Part shown: piece by piece, positions 57,133-64,000 of the stretch
Position numbering within the stretch: position 1 is the stretch's first letter
Layout: every line of letters starts with the position of its first letter
NCBI GenBank assembly: GCA_031414535.1
Contig: JANNVQ010000014.1
Span: forward strand, 96,001-160,000
Length of the DNA: 64,000 bases
From: Gemmatimonas sp.
Lineage (GTDB): Bacteria; Gemmatimonadota; Gemmatimonadetes; Gemmatimonadales; Gemmatimonadaceae
Reading direction: 5' to 3'
Notes under the pieces: model-generated
Seen by the model: the letters and a program-made list of their open reading frames with translations, nothing else
The model's database searches: none
Told to the model about the DNA's origin: nothing
Program-made: the position numbers and the translations under genes

Positions 57133-59486
57133 CCGTCGCCCGGCGTCGCCTGGGAGACGCTACCTGACGGCAAGGCAGCCACCTCGTTCTGCTCGCCGGC
57201 TGCGTAGCCAGGCAGATACGAGTAGTACCGATAGGCTCCCGTCGGCTTCACATCGTTGAGCACCGCGCCGAGCACGCGGATAGACAGGCGCCGCAGATCA
57301 GCCAGGCGTGCGCTCGCGAGCTCACGGTCCGTGAGGCCGTTCCGCAGCACCAACGCGAGCGTCCCGCTCAGCGAAGCCAGCACAATTGGATCCACGCCCG
57401 CGCCCAGCGGGGGGCTGTCAATTACAATCGCTTCGTAGGTCCCGCGCACGTCCATCATCAAACGCGTCATCTGCGTGGATGAGAGAAGCTCCGGGATATT
57501 GGACCTCGGCGTACCCTTCGGCAGGAAGTCGAACTCCTCGCCCACGGGCCGCACAATCGACTCGGCTAGGCTGCTTTGACTCGAGAGGACTTCCGACAAG
57601 CCCGGACTCCGTGGGACGTTCAGCGTGCGGTGCAGGTAACCGCGGCGATTGTCACCGTCCACGAGCAAAGTCCGTCGCCCAGTAAGGGCGATGCTCTGCG
57701 CGAGCAGCAACGAGACGAACGACTTCCCGTCTCCGGCGCCCGGTGAGGAGATGGTGACGACAAACGGGCCGCCGCTCCCGTGCGCGAAGAGCAGTCCCAT
57801 TCGAATGCTGCGCGTCACCTCAACCAGCATCGCCTGGTCGTCCTCTCGCGCCTGCCCATCGCGTCCTTTGCGTAGTAGCGGAAGCGCACCGAGAATCTGA
57901 AGTCCAAGGTCTCGCGTCACCTGCTCGGGGTAGCGGATGCGCCGATCAAAACGATCTCGCAAAATGGCGAGCGTCACGCCGGATCCGAAGCCAAGGATGA
58001 ATCCGACCACAATCACTAGAACGACTTGATCGCTTACAGGGCGCGTCGGTGGCACAGCGTAGTCGAGCAAGCGCACATCCGGCGCCGAGCTCAGCTCGGA
58101 AAGTCGGGCCGATTCGTACGCGGCCTGCACTTCCTTATAAAGATTCTGTGCTACGTCCCTGTTGCGCTCGCGCCGAGATTCCTCGGTGGCGCGAAGCGGG
58201 ATTTGCTGCATCTCGCGTGACGACGCTGCAATCCGCGAGTCCAAGTCTGTGATCCGAGCCTCAAGTGCTTGCCGCAGATTCGCGGCCTGTCGCGGAATCG
58301 CCACGCGCTCAATCTCGAAAATCTCCGCTTCGAGCTGGCGCAGCGGAGGATAGGTCGATGAGAAGGCAAGGCGCATCTGCCTCGCCTCGCCGCGCTTCGT
58401 AGTGAGCAACTGCAAAGTGCCTGTCAGCTCCGAATACTCGCGCACGGCAGGAATCGCGGCCAGCGAGGCACCCAACGAGGTCGTGGTATCGCTCTGCGCC
58501 TGGAGGGCACGTTCGATGGCATCGCGGTCGCGCACGAGGTCATCGCGGTCCATCCGCAGCCGGAAGAATGCCTGCCGCACCGGGTCGCGAGTCTCCGCAA
58601 GGCCAGGCGTAATCGGCGCCGCCCCGCGATCGCTTGGCAGAGTAATGGTGTTCACCTGATACTGCTCGAGTGCGCTCTCCTCGGCTGTAAGTTTCAGGCG
58701 CGCCACCTCAAGCTGCTCGCGTAAGGCCTCGGTAACGGTCGTCAGCTTCTCACGCTTGAGCTGCGTCGCGACTTCAACAAACTGATCCGCAATCGTATTG
58801 ACCAGCCCCGCCGTGTTGGACGCATCGTATCCGCGGAGCGAGAGCTTCAGCAGGGCGCCGTCCAAAGGAAGCACGGGCTCCATCTCATTGTTCAGGCGCA
58901 CGGCCGCGTCGCGAGGAGACCGAACGCGGAACCGCACCTCCAGCCCGCCGGGTGACGGAGGCGTCCACAGAAGCCCGACCGGGCGACCGAGGGAATCACC
59001 CGCCGGAGCCGAGTCCAAGAGGGTCCCCTCGACGGAACTGAGCCGATTGGTCCCCGCACCGTCACTGCTGAACACGTACTCGCCCCAGCGGGCTTCCGGT
59101 GCAATTGCAAAGGTAGAGAAGAAGCGCCAGTCGGTGGACGCTGCCGGCTCGAGATACAGTCGCCGCTTGCGCACCACCTCGTCGAGGACCGCGTAGGAGC
59201 GCAGCAACTCAATCCAACCGCGGCCTTCAAAGAGCGGTGCGCTACGTAAGGGATTGGCCGCGCCGAAGCTGCGGGTCGCTACCGGCACTTGGAGCGAGGC
59301 CTGCGCTTCATACACGGGCTGCAGGAGCCGAGACAAACCAGCGCCAGCTAAGAGACCGCCGAAAGTGAGCGCCAGAATCAGGACGCGCTGACGCCAGATG
59401 GCCGACCAGAGCCGCCGGAAGTCGATTGCCTCGTCTTCGTACAGATAGTCACTTCCGGCTTTCGACTGAGGCTTGGTGGACGGCAT
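57129..59486 (-). CDS. wzc: Wzc-type polysaccharide co-polymerase / tyrosine kinase
   Basis: Two TM helices flanking a coiled coil; Walker A SPGAGDGKS, LVDGD.R, IDSPP and a C-terminal Tyr cluster YRYYSY. Confidence 0.88.
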   Translation of the reverse strand: MPSTKPQSKAGSDYLYEDEAIDFRRLWSAIWRQRVLILALTFGGLLAGAGLSRLLQPVYEAQASLQVPVATRSFGAANPLRSAPLFEGRGWIELLRSYAVLDEVVRKRRLYLEPAASTDWRFFSTFAIAPEARWGEYVFSSDGAGTNRLSSVEGTLLDSAPAGDSLGRPVGLLWTPPSPGGLEVRFRVRSPRDAAVRLNNEMEPVLPLDGALLKLSLRGYDASNTAGLVNTIADQFVEVATQLKREKLTTVTEALREQLEVARLKLTAEESALEQYQVNTITLPSDRGAAPITPGLAETRDPVRQAFFRLRMDRDDLVRDRDAIERALQAQSDTTTSLGASLAAIPAVREYSELTGTLQLLTTKRGEARQMRLAFSSTYPPLRQLEAEIFEIERVAIPRQAANLRQALEARITDLDSRIAASSREMQQIPLRATEESRRERNRDVAQNLYKEVQAAYESARLSELSSAPDVRLLDYAVPPTRPVSDQVVLVIVVGFILGFGSGVTLAILRDRFDRRIRYPEQVTRDLGLQILGALPLLRKGRDGQAREDDQAMLVEVTRSIRMGLLFAHGSGGPFVVTISSPGAGDGKSFVSLLLAQSIALTGRRTLLVDGDNRRGYLHRTLNVPRSPGLSEVLSSQSSLAESIVRPVGEEFDFLPKGTPRSNIPELLSSTQMTRLMMDVRGTYEAIVIDSPPLGAGVDPIVLASLSGTLALVLRNGLTDRELASARLADLRRLSIRVLGAVLNDVKPTGAYRYYSYLPGYAAGEQNEVAALPSGSVSQATPGDG

Positions 59487-59629
59487 CTACTATAAACTGG
59501 GGAAAAGAATATGAAAAAAGGGGGCAAACCCCTGCGAACATGAGACGAATATACGCTGAAGAGGTAATGAACTAAGCTCTTGACGCGCCTCTAATTAGGC
59601 CGTACCCTACGATTCCAGATTTTCTTCTG

Positions 59630-61192
59630 TTGCGCGGCTGCCACAGGTCCGTGGTAGCCATAGCCCGCCCGAAATTGAGCGCTTCTCGTTCTGCTGTCAC
59701 GGATTCCCACAATCCGGATGACCATTCGCTAGTCGGACGCGAATTTCGATCCAGTCTCAACGTATTGCTCGTGGACGATGAGCGTACGCTTCGTGAGACC
59801 TGTCGCACTATTCTCGAGAGCCTCGGCTACGTCGTGGATGTCGCGACACGAGGTGAAGAAGCACTGAAGCTGTTGCAGCGGCGCATCTACGACATCGTGC
59901 TCAGCGACCTGTATCTGCCCGATATCACCGGAATTGACATCTGTAAGGTTGCCGTTGAGCGCTCGGCACGGACTCTCGTCATCGTGATGACGGGAAATCC
60001 CAGTGTCTCCTCAAACGTTGAAGTGCTTCGCGCTGGAGCTTGGGATTATTTGCCGAAGCCGTTCTCGGCGACCCATTTAGAAATTCTGATTGGGCGAGCC
60101 GCGCACACCATGTTGGTAGCGCGAGAAAACGATGGCCCTGACGGTCAGGCGCGGGAGGTGCCGGAGGATCCTGATACGCCCATCGGCGTGTCACAGTCCT
60201 TTCTGCGCTGCCTTTCGCTTGCGCGCAAAGTTGCGGATACCGACGCATCAGTTTTTATCACTGGTGAGACGGGCGCCGGCAAGGAGATGATCGCGCAGTA
60301 CATCCATCGCCAGAGCCGTCGGCGCACGCGCCCGATAGTTGCCGTGAACTGCGCGGCCTTCCCTGAGGGTCTGCTCGAGTCCGAGATGTTTGGCCATGTG
60401 CGCGGATCGTTCACGGGTGCCGTGCGAGACAAGGCCGGGTTGCTCGAGACGGCCAATGGTGGCTCGATGTTCCTTGACGAGCTCACCGAGATGCCGAAGT
60501 CCCTGCAAGCCAAGTTGCTGCGCGTCATTCAGGACGGTGTCGTTCGGCGCGTCGGAAGCAACGCAACCAACACGGTCGTCAATGTGCGCTTCGTGGCCGC
60601 GTCCAACCGTGACCCCGATGACGCCGTGCGCGATGGAGTCCTCCGCGAGGACCTCTATTATCGTCTCCGCGTGGTTCCAATCGCAATTCCGCCACTGCGC
60701 GATCGCCCCGAAGACATCGAACCGCTCGCCCAGCACTTCCTGCGCCGCTATTGGCGCCAACACCGCGACGGCGAATCTCGGGTCCCGAGCCTAGCGCCTA
60801 GCGCGCTCGAGGCACTTAAGTCCCACTCTTGGCCGGGGAATGTCCGCGAGCTCCAGAACTCGATTGAGCACGCGGTGGTCCTGTTGAATCCGGGGCAAGC
60901 GGTGCACGCTCAGGATATTCCGTTGCATGGGATGCGCGCCCGCGCCGCCGCGGCCGCGCCGGAACCCGCCGTGGAATCTCCGGTGGATTTGTTACAGGAG
61001 AGTTATCACGCCGCGCGCGATCGAGTCATTGCGCAGTTTGAGCGGCGGTACATTGATGCGTTGGTAGTCGCGGCGGACGGAAATATGTCGAAGGCAGCAC
61101 GCCTGGCTGGCGTCGACCGCACGACGCTCTACCGATTGATGGAACGACACGACCTGCAGCGCGACGCGGTCGTGAGTACAGATCTCTCGTGA
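59630..61192 (+). CDS. Sigma-54-dependent response regulator (NtrC/AtoC family)
   Basis: Receiver VDDE...D; AAA+ motifs GETGAGKE, ESEMFGH..GSFTGA and WPGNVREL; Fis-type HTH. Start uncertain. Confidence 0.9.
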   Translation: MRGCHRSVVAIARPKLSASRSAVTDSHNPDDHSLVGREFRSSLNVLLVDDERTLRETCRTILESLGYVVDVATRGEEALKLLQRRIYDIVLSDLYLPDITGIDICKVAVERSARTLVIVMTGNPSVSSNVEVLRAGAWDYLPKPFSATHLEILIGRAAHTMLVARENDGPDGQAREVPEDPDTPIGVSQSFLRCLSLARKVADTDASVFITGETGAGKEMIAQYIHRQSRRRTRPIVAVNCAAFPEGLLESEMFGHVRGSFTGAVRDKAGLLETANGGSMFLDELTEMPKSLQAKLLRVIQDGVVRRVGSNATNTVVNVRFVAASNRDPDDAVRDGVLREDLYYRLRVVPIAIPPLRDRPEDIEPLAQHFLRRYWRQHRDGESRVPSLAPSALEALKSHSWPGNVRELQNSIEHAVVLLNPGQAVHAQDIPLHGMRARAAAAAPEPAVESPVDLLQESYHAARDRVIAQFERRYIDALVVAADGNMSKAARLAGVDRTTLYRLMERHDLQRDAVVSTDLS

Positions 61193-61211
61193 TTCTTTCG
61201 CCAATTATTTC

Positions 61212-62339
61212 GTGAACCAGCGTCCCTCGCACCGCATCGGCTACATTCGTCCGTCATCGCCCGACGCCCTCATTGAAGTGGCGGCGGACCGTGAGACGAT
61301 TCAACGCGCCGTCAACCGCTCAATCGGCGTTTGGCGGGAGCGCCTAGGCGACGCGTTCAAGGACGACGAGATCCACGAGGCAGCGAGCTGGGCGGTCGAG
61401 GCCCTCGCTGCGGCCGCGAGCGGCGCTGAGATTCGGACGCCCGAATGCTCGCCCGTGCTCTGTCACTTCGTACTCGAGCGCAGCAGCGCAGCTCTGCTTG
61501 AGGACGCCGCATCGTCAGCCACCATCGGCAAAGACGCCATCATTAGGCTGATGCTCGCAGTCGACGCCGCGCGGCGCCTCGTGGAGCCCGAGTGGGGACG
61601 ATACTTCGAGTCCGAACTCTCGGGCCCTGACGGGCTCAACTTGGTCGTTGAAGTCGTGCACGATTTGCGGTCGCCGCTCACGTCCATCCGGTGCTTGGCC
61701 GAGATTTTGGAGCGTGGTCAATCTGGCCCGGTCACGCCGCTCCAACAGCGGCAGCTTCGTCTCATTTACGGCGCGGCCATGGGGCTAGGCTCCATGGCCA
61801 CCGACGTGCTCGAGATGGCGCGCCGCGGTGACCAGATTGCGGACGTCGAGGAAACCCAGTTCTCGATCAACGAAATTCTCAGCGATGTCTTCGCAATGGT
61901 CCGCCCAATCGCGGAAGAAAAGGGCCTCCTGATGCAGGCTGGCGCCCTAGTGAGCGACCGCCGACGCGGCCCCGCGACCCTGATCAGCCGCGTCCTACTC
62001 AACTTGGTCACCAACGCGCGCAAGTTCACCGATGCGGGAAGCGTCGAGGCGCGCCTGCGCGCCGTCTCGCGCTCGCGGGTGGAGTTCTCGGTGGTTGATA
62101 CGGGCCCCGGCATTCCGGATGCCGCACTCCCCGATCTCTTTAGGCCCTTCCGACGTTCCGCAGCGCGTGCCGGCCGCTCGGGTTTCCTGCTTTCCGAGAC
62201 GGGACTCGGCCTCGCCCTGTGCCGACGACTGCTCCGGCGCGTGGGCGCGGAGCTGAATTTCGAGACCACCGCAGGGCAGGGTACACGCTTTTATTTTGAG
62301 CTTGACATCCCGCCTGTCGGTGGTTTGCAAAGCTCGTGA
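61212..62339 (+). CDS. Cytoplasmic sensor histidine kinase
   Basis: H-box HDLRSPL, N-box NLVTNARKF, DTGPGI and GLGL. No TM segment. Confidence 0.85.
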   Translation: MNQRPSHRIGYIRPSSPDALIEVAADRETIQRAVNRSIGVWRERLGDAFKDDEIHEAASWAVEALAAAASGAEIRTPECSPVLCHFVLERSSAALLEDAASSATIGKDAIIRLMLAVDAARRLVEPEWGRYFESELSGPDGLNLVVEVVHDLRSPLTSIRCLAEILERGQSGPVTPLQQRQLRLIYGAAMGLGSMATDVLEMARRGDQIADVEETQFSINEILSDVFAMVRPIAEEKGLLMQAGALVSDRRRGPATLISRVLLNLVTNARKFTDAGSVEARLRAVSRSRVEFSVVDTGPGIPDAALPDLFRPFRRSAARAGRSGFLLSETGLGLALCRRLLRRVGAELNFETTAGQGTRFYFELDIPPVGGLQSS

Positions 62340-62473
62340 CCGCAACACCGCACCAGTTCGTGTTGCGCCATGTCTACAGTGTATGAAATGTTGCCGGCCA
62401 TTAAGGGTCATTAGAATGCCGTAAGCTGTTATCAAACAACGAGATAGGTACCAGAAGGACTCGTTGAGTTCGA

Positions 62474-62489
62474 CGGCACAATACGTGCT
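62474..62489 (+). promoter_or_regulatory. Candidate sigma-54 (-24/-12) promoter
   Basis: CGGCACAATACGTGCT has GG-N10-GC spacing and a GGCAC core. It lies just upstream of the sugar transferase and downstream of a sigma-54 activator gene. Confidence 0.5.
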
Positions 62490-62504
62490 CTGTAGTATCG
62501 TTTG

Positions 62505-63227
62505 ATGACAACATTTGGCCTACACACAGTTATCCCAAAGTTTCGGCGCGCTGACACGGCGCTGCCGATTCCTGAGGATCATCCCCATCGGCGTGAGCGA
62601 GCCCGCCGAGCCCTGAACGTCACCGTCGCGGCCATTGGGCTGGTAGTCACTGCGCCTATCATGGCGCTGATTGCGGTGGCCATCCGGTTGACTGACCGGT
62701 CAGGTCCTGTTCTGTATCGTCAAATGCGGGTCGGGCTTTGCTTGCGCTCAACCTACGGCGGAAACCACCGCCGCCAGCAGGACATCGGTGGCCGCCCTTT
62801 TATGATCTACAAGTTCCGCACGATGCGCATGGCGAGGCCGGGTGAGGAAGTGCAGAAGTGGGCCTCCTTGGACGATCCGCGCATCACCCGGCTCGGTAGC
62901 TTCCTCCGCAAGACGCGGCTCGACGAACTGCCGCAGCTTTACAACGTGTTGCTCGGCGACATGAACGTCGTCGGTCCGCGCCCGGAACAGCCTGAGATCT
63001 TCCAGACCCTTCGGTCGGACGTCCCCAGCTACTCCGCCCGTCAGCGCGTTCGTCCCGGGATTACTGGCCAAGCGCAGATCACTCTGGCTTATGACACCTG
63101 CCTTGAAGACGTCAAAAAGAAGGTCGCAGCTGATCTTCTCTACATCGAACGTCAGTCTGTCATCACCGACTTGAGCATCATGCTCAAGACCTTTCCGGTC
63201 GTCGTGTTCCGTAAGGGCAGTCGCTAA
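62505..63227 (+). CDS. Priming (polyprenyl-phosphate) sugar transferase
   Basis: KFRTM, DDPRITRLGSFLRKTRLDELPQ, GDMNVVGPRPE and RPGITG.AQ. Confidence 0.92.
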   Translation: MTTFGLHTVIPKFRRADTALPIPEDHPHRRERARRALNVTVAAIGLVVTAPIMALIAVAIRLTDRSGPVLYRQMRVGLCLRSTYGGNHRRQQDIGGRPFMIYKFRTMRMARPGEEVQKWASLDDPRITRLGSFLRKTRLDELPQLYNVLLGDMNVVGPRPEQPEIFQTLRSDVPSYSARQRVRPGITGQAQITLAYDTCLEDVKKKVAADLLYIERQSVITDLSIMLKTFPVVVFRKGSR

Positions 63228-63242
63228 GGCTAGTTTGCTGGT

Positions 63243-64000
63243 GTGACGGTCTCGCCAATTTCTGACGAATCCCCTAGAGAACGCCCGCCGGTACGCGCCG
63301 GTGGGCGTTCTCGTCTGTTAGTGATTGCCGCCTCGGCCTTGCTCGCGCTCGCGGCAGTTGATCTCGTGGTGCGGCGGGTGGCGCCGCCGCGCAATCTGCG
63401 CGAGGTCCAAGATGCCGTGAAGGAACTTGAGCGCAACGACCCCACCGTCCTCGCCATCGGCTCCAGCCACGCGCGCACCTTCGCTGTCCTTGCGGATTCG
63501 CTGGCCGCGCGCACCGCGGGGCGCGAGCGATTGCTGGCGGTGCCTGTGGAATGGGGCAAGCTGAGCTCCTACCGCTGGACGCTCGAGGAACGCCTCCTCC
63601 CGCTCTTCGACGAGCGGAATGCCGCTGGGCAGGTACGTCGCGGCAAACTGCGCCGTGCCATCATCGTCACCGAGTGGTGGGACTCCTGCGCGGGCTCAAG
63701 CCAGCCCCAGAACCTTCCAGCGCGCGCTTGGGCTTGGCGGCACTATTGGGATGACCTCGGCCGCAACGGATTCTCCGACTACAACTCAAGCTTCCTGAGT
63801 TATCGCCTTTCTCGATTGACGCGTTTCTCGGCCCTCATGCAGGACCGCGGACGCACGCGATTCCCGACGGCGCTTCGCGAAGCGCTTGTGCCTGGGCCGG
63901 CCCGCGAAGAAACCAGCGGATATCGCGACCAGATGGCGAACTGGCAGGTGCTCGTCGAGAGTGGCGACAAATGCATCGGCGACCAAGCCCAGATGGAGTC
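63243..64000 (+). CDS. Partial membrane-anchored protein, possibly SGNH/DltD-like (polysaccharide acylation)
   Basis: Frame open from GTG 63243 to the window end (absent from the ORF track because it has no stop). N-terminal TM helix then VLAIGSSHA, resembling SGNH block I. Confidence 0.5.
   Translation, partial: MTVSPISDESPRERPPVRAGGRSRLLVIAASALLALAAVDLVVRRVAPPRNLREVQDAVKELERNDPTVLAIGSSHARTFAVLADSLAARTAGRERLLAVPVEWGKLSSYRWTLEERLLPLFDERNAAGQVRRGKLRRAIIVTEWWDSCAGSSQPQNLPARAWAWRHYWDDLGRNGFSDYNSSFLSYRLSRLTRFSALMQDRGRTRFPTALREALVPGPAREETSGYRDQMANWQVLVESGDKCIGDQAQME

Overview
High-GC bacterial chromosomal segment with about 46 coding regions and no rRNA, tRNA, CRISPR or mobile-element features that I can support. 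Gene content (SusC/SusD pair in a high-GC genome, many lipoproteins and outer-membrane proteins, the style of the exopolysaccharide locus) suggests Gemmatimonadota; this is inference, since no marker gene is present. The main feature is a contiguous 16-kb cluster (6477-22605) encoding all the enzymes specific to the 3-hydroxypropionate (3-HP) bicycle: pcs, mcr, meh, smtA, smtB, mct, mcl and mch, resembling the Chloroflexus enzymes as I recall them. Mcr carries an unusual Lys/Ser/Ala-rich repetitive N-terminal tail. The cluster sits next to a starch-utilisation locus (susC-susD-GH13 amylase). Further along are flotillin/NfeD, a membrane protein-winged helix-uppS paralog module, DUF305/LVIVD, an FKBP-M28 peptidase fusion, a large atypical phospholipase D, and a coupled yjbQ / IV-Photo RuBisCO-like protein / hydrolase operon. 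These are followed by an IorAB-type molybdoenzyme coupled to a diguanylate cyclase, a multidomain surface nuclease, and the start of a Wzc-dependent exopolysaccharide locus with sigma-54 and c-di-GMP regulators and an Sfp-type PPTase. All family calls come from motifs and remembered sequences, not database searches.
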